A stretch of 64,000 nt of DNA from Candidatus Altimarinota bacterium (GCA_965231215.1 OZ246423.1:256001-320000), one strand, 5' to 3'; shown: positions 39,701 to 52,117, counted from the stretch's first letter. Numbers and translations: made by a program. Notes: generated by a model not told the origin, from the sequence alone.

Positions 39701-40894
39701 ATGAATAAAAAACTACCCGTAACCGTACTGTCTGGCTTTTTAGGCGCTGGGAAAACCACACTTCTAAACCATATTTTAAATAACCGAGAAGGCCTAAAAG
39801 TCGCTCTAATCGTTAATGATATGTCAGAAGTAAATATTGATGCTTCCCTCATTAAACAAGGAGAAGCGAACCTCTCTCGAACCGAAGAAAAATTAGTAGA
39901 AATGAGTAATGGATGTATCTGTTGTACCCTCCGCGAAGACCTATTAATTGAAATAAAACGCCTGGCCCAAGAAAACAAATTTGATTATCTCGTAATCGAA
40001 TCTACCGGAATTTCTGAGCCTCTGCCCATAGCTGAAACCTTTACCTTTGATGATCAATCAGGTGAAATTTTGTCTGATTTTGCAGAGCTTGACACCATGG
40101 TGACCGTGGTGGATGCGGCCAACTTTTTGGATAATTTTAGATCTACAGAGTTACTACAAGATCGAGGAGAATCCCTCGGCGAAGAAGACGACCGAGACAT
40201 AGTAAATCTACTGACCGACCAGATTGAGTTCTGTGATGTGCTGATTCTAAATAAAATAGATCAAGTCTCTGAAGACGAAATTACAAAAATCAAAAAAATC
40301 ATTAAATCACTCAACCCTGTCGCTGAAATTATTGAAACCACCCACAGCCAGGTACCACTAAAAAAAGTAATCAATACCGGAAAATTCAGCTTTGAGCGAG
40401 CCGCGCAAGACCCTATGTGGCTCAAAGAAGCCAGAGGCGAACACGTTCCAGAGACTGAAGAATATGGCATCAGCAGTTTCGTCTATAAAGCCAATCGCCC
40501 ATTCCATCCTCAGAGATTTTGGGAATATTCACAAGAAAGCTGGCCCGGAGTGGTACGAGCCAAAGGGTACTTTTGGCTCGCTTCACGTTGGGAATATGTA
40601 GGCGGTTTTTCTCAAGCGGGAAAAATGCGTAAGTTAGACTGTGCCGGTAACTGGTGGGGAGTTTTGGACGTAGAAGACTGGCCAGAACAAATCAAGTTAT
40701 TGGCTGAAAAAAATAACTGGGACAAACGCTACAAAGATAGACGCCAAGAAATAGTCATCATTGGAATCAAACATAATAAAGAAGAAATAACCGAAAGACT
40801 CAACCAGTGTTTAGTTACCGATAGTGAGTTCGAAGCGGGCCTAAACGAGTGGCAAAAATTTGAAGATCCTTTTCCCGCCTGGGAACTAACCTAA
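39701..40894 (+). CDS. COG0523 (CobW/ZigA/YciC-like) zinc metallochaperone GTPase
   Basis: [43 protein letters not shown]. Confidence 0.95.
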   Translation: MNKKLPVTVLSGFLGAGKTTLLNHILNNREGLKVALIVNDMSEVNIDASLIKQGEANLSRTEEKLVEMSNGCICCTLREDLLIEIKRLAQENKFDYLVIESTGISEPLPIAETFTFDDQSGEILSDFAELDTMVTVVDAANFLDNFRSTELLQDRGESLGEEDDRDIVNLLTDQIEFCDVLILNKIDQVSEDEITKIKKIIKSLNPVAEIIETTHSQVPLKKVINTGKFSFERAAQDPMWLKEARGEHVPETEEYGISSFVYKANRPFHPQRFWEYSQESWPGVVRAKGYFWLASRWEYVGGFSQAGKMRKLDCAGNWWGVLDVEDWPEQIKLLAEKNNWDKRYKDRRQEIVIIGIKHNKEEITERLNQCLVTDSEFEAGLNEWQKFEDPFPAWELT

Positions 40895-40926
40895 ACCTAA
40901 GTGTCTTTTTGTTAATCATAAATCCG

Positions 40927-41307
40927 ATGCGAGAAACCCCCCTACTCAAAACCGTTATCAATATCCTTGAGACTCAAGACCGACCGCTTTCTGTGCCAGA
41001 ATTAACCAGACTGCTCAAATCAAAAAAATTAGCGCCCAACAAAACGACCCTTTATAGACTACTGGAAAGACTCAAAGAACAAGCGCTCATTCAGGAAGTT
41101 TTACTCAATAATCGGGTAACCCATTACGAGCTCAAAAAGAAACACCATCATCATTTTGTCTGTAATCAATGCGATTATGTAAAGTGTATTGAAGACAAAG
41201 AACTCGAAAATAAAATCCATCAACTCAAAGACCAACTCAAAGACCAAGGCTTAGACATTAACCAACACCAATTTTCTTTTTCTGGTTGCTGCCCAAACTG
41301 CCAGTAA
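40927..41307 (+). CDS. zur: Fur-family regulator, probably Zur
   Basis: TTLYRLL, HHHHFVCNQC, C-terminal CPNC; adjacent to COG0523. Confidence 0.8.
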   Translation: MRETPLLKTVINILETQDRPLSVPELTRLLKSKKLAPNKTTLYRLLERLKEQALIQEVLLNNRVTHYELKKKHHHHFVCNQCDYVKCIEDKELENKIHQLKDQLKDQGLDINQHQFSFSGCCPNCQ

Positions 41308-41422
41308 CCCTCAGAGCGCTGTTGATAAAACTCAGCTTTAAATCCCAGCACAAGGCCGAAAAATAATGGATAATAAAGTTTTTAACTTTGCCCTTTAAAA
41401 TTCCAACTCTACACTTTATCCG

Positions 41423-43213
41423 ATGCTTTTTTGCAAAAACCTCACTAAATCTTTTGGTTCTCAAACCCTCTTTTCCGAAGCTGATTTCCAACTCAATTCA
41501 GGCGAAAGAGTGGGAATTGTAGGACGGAATGGATCTGGAAAATCCACGCTATTTCGGCTTATCCTAGGTGAGGACAGTGTGGACGAAGGGACTATTTCTT
41601 TTCCTGATACCTACACCATTGGAGGTCTAGACCAGCATCTTAAATTTGAAAAACCCACCATTGTTGAGGAAGTTTCCCAGAGCCTAAGCAAAAGCCAGGA
41701 ACATGAAATCTGGAAAGCCGAAAAACTGCTCTCTGGTTTAGGATTCGCTCCTACAGACTTTAATAAACCCGCTTCCGATTTTTCTGGAGGGTTCCAGATA
41801 CGGGTAAAGTTGGCGCAATTACTGCTTTCTGAACCTAATTGTCTCCTACTCGACGAGCCTACCAACTACTTAGATATCGTGACCATCCGATGGTTGGAAC
41901 GATTTTTCAAATCTTGGTCTGGAGAACTGATTTGTATTTCACATGATCAGGCTTTTTTGGAACGCATCTGTACTCACACTATGGCCGTACATCGACAAAA
42001 GTTCAAAAAAGTAAAAGGCACTCCCAAAAAATGTTTTACCCAAATCGCTCAAGAAGAAGCCCTCCATGAACGCACTCGTCTTAACGATGAAAAGTCCAAA
42101 GCTAAACAAGAAAAATTTATCCGTGAATTTCGAGCCGGTGCCAGATCTGCCGGGCTTGTACAATCTCGGATCAAAATGTTAGAGAAAAAAGAAACCCTCA
42201 AAGCCCTGCCCCCTATCCCGCCTATCAAGTTTCACTTCAGTGAAGCCGAATTCACAGGCGCAAAATTGTGTGAAGCCCACAATCTACAATTTGGATATGA
42301 ATCTGGCCAGGACCTTCTTAAACGCCTCAGCCTTGAAATTTTTCCAGGCGATCGTATTGGGATTATTGGGGCAAACGGAAAAGGAAAAACCACACTTTTG
42401 CGTATTCTCAACCAAGAACTCCCTCCAAACGCTGGCACCCTAAAAACGCATCCAAATACCCACACAGGATACATGGGACAGTCTAACATAGACCGGCTTG
42501 AACCGGGGAAAAACATTGTCGAAGAACTCCAATCTCTTCACGGTGTAGAGCCACAAGAAGCCCGAAGCATCGCTGGGAATTTACTGTTTTCCGGAGACCT
42601 CGCCTACAAACCTATAAAAGTCCTTTCTGGAGGCGAAAAAGCTCGCGTAAACTTGGGCAAAGTACTACTGACCCCCGTTAACCTCCTACTCCTAGATGAA
42701 CCCACCAATCACCTCGATTATGAATCCATCCAGGCCTTCATTGACGCAGTGAAAACCTTTGAAGGCGGAACCGTTTTTGTCTCCCACAACGAAGCTTTTT
42801 TAGAAGCTGTAGCCGATAAACTCATTGTGTTTGATGAGAATGAAGTTTTCTTCTACCCCAACGATTACCAAACTTTTTTGGCCGAAAAAGGGTTCCAATC
42901 TGAAGTGGAACAACTTTCTACTCGAGAAAAAAGTATAAAACACCGAAGTGACAAATCCGAAGACTACAACAAAAAAAAAGAACGAGAACGTTTACTGCGC
43001 CCTCTCAATAAAAAGTTAAATGAAATAGAAAACAAAATTTTAAAAATTGAAGAGGCTCAAAAACAGAATGTTGAAAATTTCAAAACCGCCGAACGCCAAG
43101 GCAATCGCCTAAAAATGGAAACCCTCGGCATCCAATACCAAGACCTACAAAAAGAGCTGGAACATCTATGGGAAAAATGGAATGAAGTAGCTAGAGCAAT
43201 TCAGAAAATATAA
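41423..43213 (+). CDS. ABC-F family ATPase
   Basis: Two NBDs (GRNGSGKS, FSGG, LLLDEPTN; GANGKGKT, LSGGE), no TM, C-terminal coiled coil. Confidence 0.93.
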   Translation: MLFCKNLTKSFGSQTLFSEADFQLNSGERVGIVGRNGSGKSTLFRLILGEDSVDEGTISFPDTYTIGGLDQHLKFEKPTIVEEVSQSLSKSQEHEIWKAEKLLSGLGFAPTDFNKPASDFSGGFQIRVKLAQLLLSEPNCLLLDEPTNYLDIVTIRWLERFFKSWSGELICISHDQAFLERICTHTMAVHRQKFKKVKGTPKKCFTQIAQEEALHERTRLNDEKSKAKQEKFIREFRAGARSAGLVQSRIKMLEKKETLKALPPIPPIKFHFSEAEFTGAKLCEAHNLQFGYESGQDLLKRLSLEIFPGDRIGIIGANGKGKTTLLRILNQELPPNAGTLKTHPNTHTGYMGQSNIDRLEPGKNIVEELQSLHGVEPQEARSIAGNLLFSGDLAYKPIKVLSGGEKARVNLGKVLLTPVNLLLLDEPTNHLDYESIQAFIDAVKTFEGGTVFVSHNEAFLEAVADKLIVFDENEVFFYPNDYQTFLAEKGFQSEVEQLSTREKSIKHRSDKSEDYNKKKERERLLRPLNKKLNEIENKILKIEEAQKQNVENFKTAERQGNRLKMETLGIQYQDLQKELEHLWEKWNEVARAIQKI

Positions 43214-43220
43214 TTTTTTA

Positions 43221-44003
43221 TTATTGAGTTTCCTGCATTTCTCGAACCTGTTTGAGCATCATTTTTTTCGGCATAAAAGGAATCGCCCACATCATAAACT
43301 TTTGCCCAAAAGTGAGTCCAGAAACTACATCTATTTTGCCTTCGAGCATCCCATTATACCCATCCTCAGCAACACTACGGGCTGAAACTGTTTTTTGAAA
43401 TAGATTGGTTTTATCCATGCCTGATCTGCTCGCAAACCCTGTATTGGTAGCCCCTGGCATGAGATTAGTCACTGTAATATCAGTATCATAAAGTTCTTCG
43501 GCAATGGCATTAGAAAAGAATTGAAAATAAGACTTAGTTCCAAAGTAAACCGCTTGCAAGGGGCCAGGCATATAACTCGCCGTTGATGAAACATTCAAAA
43601 TTTTCCCAGAATTTCGCTTCACAAAATCGGGCAAAAACAATCTACATAAATGCGTAGGCGTAATCATATTCACCTGCATCATAGATCTATCTTTTGCCCA
43701 TTCACGTTCATGAAATTTTCCTTGTCCTCCAAACCCCGCGTTGTTGATAAGGTAATCAATCTGAATTTTTTTATGTTTAAGCGCTTCATAAATTTCTTGC
43801 GGTGCCGCTTCATCGTCCAAGTCTTTAGCCAAAACCGTTACTTTTATACCGTGTGCTGATTCTAGCTCTTTTTTGAGAGCCTTGAGGGCCTCTTCTCGCC
43901 TCGCTACTATCACTAAATCGCCTCCCCCTTCAGCATGTATATGCGCTAATTCCTTTCCAATACCTGAAGACGCTCCCGTAATCAAAGCCGTTTTATTTTT
44001 CAT
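43221..44003 (-). CDS. Short-chain dehydrogenase/reductase (DltE-like)
   Basis: ITGASSGIG, NNAG, YFGTK; ATG at 44003. Confidence 0.9.
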   Translation of the reverse strand: MKNKTALITGASSGIGKELAHIHAEGGGDLVIVARREEALKALKKELESAHGIKVTVLAKDLDDEAAPQEIYEALKHKKIQIDYLINNAGFGGQGKFHEREWAKDRSMMQVNMITPTHLCRLFLPDFVKRNSGKILNVSSTASYMPGPLQAVYFGTKSYFQFFSNAIAEELYDTDITVTNLMPGATNTGFASRSGMDKTNLFQKTVSARSVAEDGYNGMLEGKIDVVSGLTFGQKFMMWAIPFMPKKMMLKQVREMQETQ

Positions 44004-44294
44004 AACTTTATTTTCTACTGTTACTAGGTTTTGGTCAAAATTTTTTTGTAAAAAAATTGAATACTTTTTGTGAGCAAATAAAGGTTTGGTTCTAAAAATC
44101 GAACAAAAAATTTGCACCAAAAAATTTCCTGGGTTTAATATAAGTTTAGCTTACGTTAACGAAATCAAAAGATTCCGGAACAGTCAGCATTCGCCCTCAT
44201 GAAAATTCTTTATTTCTATTCCCTTGCTTAGGCCTCGGTTTGAGTGCCTAAGGGTCTTTGCTTTTTTTAAAAATTAATCCCTAAAACCAAAAAC

Positions 44295-46223
<1,929 letters not shown>

Positions 46224-46334
46224 AACTCAAAAGCCTACTCACCTCAAAATTTATCTATCAAACGTTAGTTTTTTAACCTTAGGGTCATAACAAAAGAAAA
46301 GAATCTATTGGCCCGTGAACTAAGCCCCAAATAA

Positions 46335-46348
46335 TTCGGCCTACCGAA
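46335..46348. promoter_or_regulatory. DtxR/MntR-type palindrome upstream of nrdD
   Basis: ttcgg-ccta-ccgaa, same pattern as the boxes at 3553 and 34381. Confidence 0.45.
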
Positions 46349-46369
46349 TAACATTAAAAACACTTGAAA

Positions 46370-46385
46370 GTACTATATATTGTAT
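46370..46385. promoter_or_regulatory. NrdR-box-like site
   Basis: gtaCTATATATTGtat versus consensus acaCwAtATaTwGtgt, upstream of nrdD. Confidence 0.55.
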
Positions 46386-46410
46386 ATTAGGATATTTTAA
46401 CATACTAAAT

Positions 46411-48546
46411 ATGGAAATCATGACTATTAAGCAAATCCTAAAACGAACCGGCAAAACCGTAATTTTTCAACCTCAAAAAATACAAAAAGCCATCATCGCT
46501 GCCATGAAAGAGGTTCATGAACAAAACCCGAAAAAAGCGATAGAAATTACCGAGACCATCGTACAAAAATTAGAAGCCAATAAGGAAAAATCGCTTCCGT
46601 CTGTTGAAACCATCCAGAACTTAATCGAAAAAGAACTTATCAAGGCTGACCTCGACCAAGTCGCTAAAGCCTTTATTATTTACCGACAACATCGAGCCGA
46701 AAGTCGTGCCGACAAAGAAGTCGTGGTCCATGTAGAAAATACAATTAGTGAATATTTAGAGAAAATTGATTGGCGGGTAAATGCCAATTCCAATCAAGGC
46801 TACAGCCTTGGAGGATTAATCCTCAATACTTCCGGGAAGGTCACCGCCAATTATTGGCTCTCTCATATTTACCCACCAGAAGTCGGTCAAGCGCATCGTG
46901 ACGGAGACTATCACATCCATGACCTCGATATGTTTTCTGGCTACTGTGCCGGGTGGAGCTTGAGGGTCTTGCTTGAGGAAGGGTTTAATGGGGTTCCGAA
47001 CAAAACCGAATCAAATCCCCCCAAACATCTCTCGACCGCTGTGTCTCAAATGGTTAACTTTTTGGGGACGCTTCAAAACGAGTGGGCCGGCGCCCAAGCT
47101 TTTTCCAGTTTTGACACTTACCTGGCCCCTTTTGTAAAAAAATATGCACTCGAGAAAACGGCAGAAATAAAATCAATTCATCCAGATATAGAAGCGGAAA
47201 AACTAGAAAACTACATACAAGAAAAAACCTACCAATACGTACGACAAAACATCCAGGCTTTTGTTTTTAATTTAAATGTGCCTTCTCGCTGGGGGACCCA
47301 AACGCCTTTTACCAATATTACCCTGGATTGGACTTGTCCCAAGGATCTACAAAATAAGAAGTTGAAATTAGGAGGAACGGATTTCCAATATACCTTTGGC
47401 GAACTTCAGCCTGAAATGGATTTAATCAATCGTGCCTACATGGAAGTTATGACTGAAGGGGACGCTAAGGGGCGAGTGTTCACATTCCCCATTCCTACCT
47501 ACAACATCACCAAAGATTTCGAATGGGATAACCCCAAAACGATCCCGCTGTTTGAAATGACCGCCAAATACGGCATGCCTTATTTTCAGAACTTTATTAA
47601 CTCCGACATGGACCCGAATCATATCCGGTCTATGTGTTGCCGGCTACAACTCAATATGGACGAGCTGCTCAAACGCGGCAACGGCCTGTTTGGCTCAGCA
47701 GAAATGACCGGCTCTATCGGAGTTGTGACCATCTCAGCCCCGCGTTTAGGATACCTTCATAAAGGGAAAAAAGAAGATTTTCTAACCCAAATAGAATACC
47801 TGATGGAGTTGGCCAAAGTTTCGCTCGAGATTAAAAGAAAAGAAGTCCAAAAATGGATGGATCAAGGCCTTTTCCCTTATTCCAAAAGATACCTTGGACA
47901 CCTGAACAATCACTTTTCAACTATTGGCATCAATGGACTCAATGAGGCTATCCGAAATTTCACCGATGACGCAGAAAATATCTCTACCTCCTGGGGGCAA
48001 GACTTTGCCGAAGAAGTCCTCCTTTTCATGCAGAAAAAACTAAAAGATTTTCAGGAGGAAACCGGTAATCTCTACAACCTAGAAGCCACTCCCGCTGAAG
48101 GAACGACCTATCGTTTTGCCAAAGAAGACAAGGCTCGTTTCCCCGATATCCTGCAAGCCGGTACCGAAGAAAATCCCTACTACACAAATTCTTCGCAACT
48201 GCCCGTTGAGTACACCGAAGATGCTTTTGAAGCTTTAATGATGCAGGATCGTCTCCAAACAAAATACACGGGCGGGACCGTACTTCATTTATATATGGGC
48301 GAACGAATCTCTGATGCGATCGCTTGCCGCAGCTTAGTCCGAAAAGTGCTCACGCAGTTTCATCTTCCTTACATTACCATTACCCCCACTTTTTCCATCT
48401 GCCCACACCATGGTTATTTAGCGGGAGAACATGATTTTTGTCCGATCTGTGACCAAGAAATTGGGTATGAAGGGGAAGTACAAGACTCCGCATTACGCCG
48501 TCACTATGACTCACGAAAAAAAGGACTTCCCGTCCTGACTGATTAA
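46411..48546 (+). CDS. nrdD: Class III (anaerobic) ribonucleotide reductase, main part lacking the glycyl-radical C-terminus
   Basis: N-terminal ATP cone, HIHDL, YCAGW, SMCCRL, EATPAEG, CPHHG...CPIC; no RxxGY motif. Confidence 0.93.
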   Translation: MEIMTIKQILKRTGKTVIFQPQKIQKAIIAAMKEVHEQNPKKAIEITETIVQKLEANKEKSLPSVETIQNLIEKELIKADLDQVAKAFIIYRQHRAESRADKEVVVHVENTISEYLEKIDWRVNANSNQGYSLGGLILNTSGKVTANYWLSHIYPPEVGQAHRDGDYHIHDLDMFSGYCAGWSLRVLLEEGFNGVPNKTESNPPKHLSTAVSQMVNFLGTLQNEWAGAQAFSSFDTYLAPFVKKYALEKTAEIKSIHPDIEAEKLENYIQEKTYQYVRQNIQAFVFNLNVPSRWGTQTPFTNITLDWTCPKDLQNKKLKLGGTDFQYTFGELQPEMDLINRAYMEVMTEGDAKGRVFTFPIPTYNITKDFEWDNPKTIPLFEMTAKYGMPYFQNFINSDMDPNHIRSMCCRLQLNMDELLKRGNGLFGSAEMTGSIGVVTISAPRLGYLHKGKKEDFLTQIEYLMELAKVSLEIKRKEVQKWMDQGLFPYSKRYLGHLNNHFSTIGINGLNEAIRNFTDDAENISTSWGQDFAEEVLLFMQKKLKDFQEETGNLYNLEATPAEGTTYRFAKEDKARFPDILQAGTEENPYYTNSSQLPVEYTEDAFEALMMQDRLQTKYTGGTVLHLYMGERISDAIACRSLVRKVLTQFHLPYITITPTFSICPHHGYLAGEHDFCPICDQEIGYEGEVQDSALRRHYDSRKKGLPVLTD

Positions 48547-48579
48547 ATTTTAAACTTATTTCTTATCTTTTTACACACT

Positions 48580-48747
48580 ATGAACACTCCTAACCAAGGC
48601 CGAACTCGTTGCGAAATCTGGACACGAGTCATGGGCTATCATCGTCCAGTCTCTCACTACAATCCAGGTAAAAAATCAGAACACTACTCCCGACAGCATT
48701 TTGAAGAAAAAAACAGCTTTAACTCTCAATTCTGCAAAAAATACTAA
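48580..48747 (+). CDS. Stand-alone NrdD glycyl-radical peptide (55 aa)
   Basis: Hand-translated MNTPNQGRTRCEIWTRVMGYHRPVSHYNPGKKSEHYSRQHF...; RVMGY glycyl-radical motif; missing from the ORF track. Confidence 0.9.
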   Translation: MNTPNQGRTRCEIWTRVMGYHRPVSHYNPGKKSEHYSRQHFEEKNSFNSQFCKKY

Positions 48748-48749
48748 AC

Positions 48750-49007
48750 ATGCACTACATTTTATTTACCACAACGGTTTGCCCCAAATGCCCGGCTTTT
48801 AAAGATTTGATTGAAAATCAAACGACCCTTGAGGGAATGATACTCAACGAACAAAACTCCGAGTTTGCAACTCTGGTAAGTAAGTATGGCCTCAGCCAGG
48901 CTCCGACACTGTTAATTTTTGATGAAAATGACCAAATTCAACTGCAAACCAGTGACTATGCTGAAGCTGACAAATTTTTACAAACCCTCGAGCCGGCAAG
49001 CGTTTAA
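48750..49007 (+). CDS. Thioredoxin/glutaredoxin-like protein
   Basis: FTTTVCPKCP, cis-Pro motif QAPTL; inside the nrd operon. Confidence 0.8.
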   Translation: MHYILFTTTVCPKCPAFKDLIENQTTLEGMILNEQNSEFATLVSKYGLSQAPTLLIFDENDQIQLQTSDYAEADKFLQTLEPASV

Positions 49008-49031
49008 ACAAAAATTAACTCCAAAACTAGC

Positions 49032-49730
49032 ATGTTAATCGGTGGGATTCAGACGCTGACCTTAGTGGACTATCCAGAAACAGTCGGGGCGATTATTTTT
49101 ACCGCTGGCTGTAACATGCGCTGTGGCTACTGCCATAATGAAGAATTGGTGCTGCCTGATAAAATCAAGTGTCGCCGAGATTTTATTCCTCCCAAAAAAG
49201 TACTTAATTTCCTCAAGACACGGCAGGGCTTTTTGGAAGGCCTAGTCATTTCTGGTGGTGAGCCAACGGTCCAACCTGATTTGTTAGATTTTATGAGAGC
49301 GGTCAAAGCACTGAAATTTAAGGTAAAGCTTGATACAAACGGCACAAATCCTGTGTTGGTAGAACAAGCTCTCAACGAGAACCTGATTGACTATTTAGCG
49401 CTAGACATAAAAACCACTCCCAATGATTACAATCACCTAACCCAAGCCAATATTGATTTTCCGGCCATTACCAAGACCCGAGCTTTGGTAAGCCAAGCAG
49501 GCATTGACCATGAACTCCGGACGACACTCATCAAAGGCTATCACACGCCAGAAAAATTGTTAAAAATTGCCCAATTGGTGCAAGGAAGCCCGCGCTGGAC
49601 ACTGCAGACTTTTCGTCCCCAAAAAACTCTCGATGCTTGTTTTTCTAACTACAGCAGCTTTTCCCAAGAAGAAATGCAGGATATCAAAAAAGAATTGAAT
49701 CAATACGTAGAAAACATCCACCTCATTTAA
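49032..49730 (+). CDS. nrdG: Anaerobic RNR activating enzyme (radical SAM)
   Basis: GCNMRCGYCHN, VISGGEPT, KLDTNG. Confidence 0.92.
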   Translation: MLIGGIQTLTLVDYPETVGAIIFTAGCNMRCGYCHNEELVLPDKIKCRRDFIPPKKVLNFLKTRQGFLEGLVISGGEPTVQPDLLDFMRAVKALKFKVKLDTNGTNPVLVEQALNENLIDYLALDIKTTPNDYNHLTQANIDFPAITKTRALVSQAGIDHELRTTLIKGYHTPEKLLKIAQLVQGSPRWTLQTFRPQKTLDACFSNYSSFSQEEMQDIKKELNQYVENIHLI

Positions 49731-49785
49731 TCCCTCTGAGTTGGAATTGGCTAAGATTGCGCCGTATCACAGCTTTTTAGAAAAA

Positions 49786-50337
49786 CTAGGCCTGTTTTAA
49801 AACTTTATAATGATTCTGCACAAATCCACAGTTAAGTTTTTTTGAGTCTAATAATTCTAAATCAATATCTTCATTGATTTCACCAAACAGACGTTTCCCG
49901 TCTCCGAGCAATAGGGGAATAATAGTTAGAGTTATTTCTTCCACTAATCCGGCCCTTAGAAAAGACTGCACCACCAAACCACCATCAACATAAACCCGCT
50001 TTAAACCCTTAGCAAAAAGCTCTTCCATAAGTACGTTGGGTTCAGCAGAGGTTACCTGAACAGTGGAACGCAAATTTTCTGGTATATCATCGTTTGTCAT
50101 AGAGTGGCTCATTACCATGACCGGTTTTTTATAAGGCCACGCTTCAAAGCCTAAAACTTTTTTAAATGTACCGCTCCCCATAATCATTACCTCTATTTTT
50201 TCTACAAAACCATCATACCCTTGATCTTCTCCTTTGGTATCATACTTCATCAACCAGCTAAGATCATTGTCTTTCCTGGCCACAAAACCATCCAGGCTCA
50301 TAGCCATAAATACATATCCTTTTGCTCTGTCTTTCAT
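49786..50337 (-). CDS. Dihydrofolate reductase-family (RibD C-terminal-like) protein
   Basis: AMSLDGFVA, IMGSGTF, VYVDGG, LLLGDGKRLF; ATG at 50337. Confidence 0.88.
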   Translation of the reverse strand: MKDRAKGYVFMAMSLDGFVARKDNDLSWLMKYDTKGEDQGYDGFVEKIEVMIMGSGTFKKVLGFEAWPYKKPVMVMSHSMTNDDIPENLRSTVQVTSAEPNVLMEELFAKGLKRVYVDGGLVVQSFLRAGLVEEITLTIIPLLLGDGKRLFGEINEDIDLELLDSKKLNCGFVQNHYKVLKQA

Positions 50338-50366
50338 AGACTTATTGTACAGAACAAAAGTGAGGC

Positions 50367-50453
50367 GTCTACCTACCCACATCAAAAAAGCCAAGCTAGA
50401 ACTAGCTTTTAATCGTTTCTGCGATCAACTGACTGTACTAGACCCTACTTCAC
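50367..50453 (+). repeat. Cassette-boundary element copy A (left arm plus degenerate core)
   Basis: tctacctacccac..aaaaaagccaa.ctaga..tagcttt..ctgcgatcaactgactgtactagaccctacttcac; homologous to 57053-57149. Confidence 0.75.
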
Positions 50454-50998
50454 TGACCAAGCGCTTCCCAAATGACTTCTAAATCAGAACGCTTAACTTG
50501 TTTTTGCTTTTGTTCATGTAGGTTTCGAATAAAAGCACTTAAAATGCCCCACCAAATATCCATAAGTAGTTGTGTATCCAAAGACTTCAAAGCCCCTTCT
50601 TTCTGCCACGCTTTAATAAGCTCAACTGACTGTGCCGCCTCTTTTTTATAGAGTTTTCGCGCCTGAGCAGAAATTACCGGCCCTTTTTCTAACATCTGAA
50701 AAAACTGAAACTCTTCAAAATGTTTCAAATAATAACCAACCATAAACTCTGAAGATTTAAACACTACCGTTTTAGCTGGCTCAGAGTAGTCGAGGTTTTC
50801 ATGCATGGACGCGAAGGCTTGCTTCTTTTTTTCAAGATAAATAGTGTCAATCAATTCTTGTTTGGTTTTAAAATGCACAAACAGACTTCCAGAAGCTATT
50901 CCCACTTCTTTACAGATTTGGCTCGTGGAGGTTTTATGGATACCTTGAGCAACAAAGAGTTTTAAAGCCGCTTGGATTATTTTATCACGGGTTTTCAT
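50450..50998 (-). CDS. TetR/AcrR-family regulator
   Basis: IIQAALKLFVAQG, ICKEVGIASGSLFVHFKTKQEL. Confidence 0.92.
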   Translation of the reverse strand: MKTRDKIIQAALKLFVAQGIHKTSTSQICKEVGIASGSLFVHFKTKQELIDTIYLEKKKQAFASMHENLDYSEPAKTVVFKSSEFMVGYYLKHFEEFQFFQMLEKGPVISAQARKLYKKEAAQSVELIKAWQKEGALKSLDTQLLMDIWWGILSAFIRNLHEQKQKQVKRSDLEVIWEALGQ

Positions 50999-51972
50999 GG
51001 AGTTTTAGCACTTAAACTATTTTTGGATAAAAATTGACTCGCTCGCTCCACGATGTCATCAACAAACTCAGGCTTATAGTACAAATCAAAGTGCGTTGCA
51101 TTTTTGCAAATTAGCAGGTCTTTTTTGTCTGCTGGGATAGCGTCGTAAAACTCTTGAATCTTTTCCGTCGAATATCCCCCATCGGCATAGGCCATAAAAA
51201 AGGGTTTGTTTTTGTATTTTTTGATAAAATTAAAGGGATTGTACTTCCCAGTCATGATGTTACTGGCCCGATAAAAATTACCTTTATTTTTCCAACTGGG
51301 GCTCGCTCCGGGTTTATCACCGTAACCGTAGTACTGAGGCATATCAGCTTGCGTTGGCGTCGCCGGGATGTAAGTCATCCATTTTTTAAGCGGTACAATA
51401 GGAATATAAAAATAAATACCAAACTTGTGAAATAGGTTTATAAATGGATTAGAAATTCCCATCATAATCTGAGTTAAGAGTTTGCCACCAAAGGCTTTAG
51501 GATAATCAATGTGTGAGGTTAGGTATGGACTAATAGCCAGAACCGCTTTAACTTTCTCATTATCTGAACCTGCCGCCATGGCATGACCGGCTCCCATACA
51601 GATACCCGCACTGATGATTTTATCCGCATCAACCTCTGACAACGATGCTAGATACGCAAAAGCGTTTTTATTATCGGAAATAATAGAAAAAGGATCTTCC
51701 ATTTGCGGCACGCCTTCACTCCCACCAAACCCCTTTACATCAAAAGCGAGAGCCATATAGCCTTGTTCTGAAAATTTTTCGGCATAGAGTCCAGCCGTTT
51801 GCTCTTTCACGCCTGAGGCGGGGCGAGTCACCACTATCGCCGCTCGTTTTTCTCCCTTTTTATAATCCTTAGGGATAAATAGGTGTCCTTCTAGTTGGCA
51901 GCCGTCGCTGTCAAAGTAGATCGTATTTTTACCTGGTTTTAGTTTTTTGTTCATGATGTTTTTATGTGCCAT
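50995..51972 (-). CDS. Alpha/beta hydrolase (YcjY-like)
   Basis: GVKEQTAGLYA, GGSEG, GICMG nucleophile elbow, THFDLY. Confidence 0.88.
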   Translation of the reverse strand: MAHKNIMNKKLKPGKNTIYFDSDGCQLEGHLFIPKDYKKGEKRAAIVVTRPASGVKEQTAGLYAEKFSEQGYMALAFDVKGFGGSEGVPQMEDPFSIISDNKNAFAYLASLSEVDADKIISAGICMGAGHAMAAGSDNEKVKAVLAISPYLTSHIDYPKAFGGKLLTQIMMGISNPFINLFHKFGIYFYIPIVPLKKWMTYIPATPTQADMPQYYGYGDKPGASPSWKNKGNFYRASNIMTGKYNPFNFIKKYKNKPFFMAYADGGYSTEKIQEFYDAIPADKKDLLICKNATHFDLYYKPEFVDDIVERASQFLSKNSLSAKTP

Positions 51973-51990
51973 GATTTAAATTTCAAAAAG

Positions 51991-52004
51991 TGAGTACTCA
52001 CTCA
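51991..52004. promoter_or_regulatory. Candidate TetR operator
   Basis: tgagt-actc-actca upstream of the hydrolase-tetR operon. Confidence 0.6.
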
Positions 52005-52057
52005 TTATTTATTAAAAACAAATATAAATCAAGGAAATTCATAAAAAGAGTTTTGCC

Positions 52058-52117
52058 TCCACCCACCTCCCTTATTCCAAAAGGGTTAATCAAAGACTAG
52101 CTTTCAAGCGTGGGGGG
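52058..52117 (+). repeat. Element copy B, left part
   Basis: 60 bp identical to 60725-60784. Confidence 0.92.
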
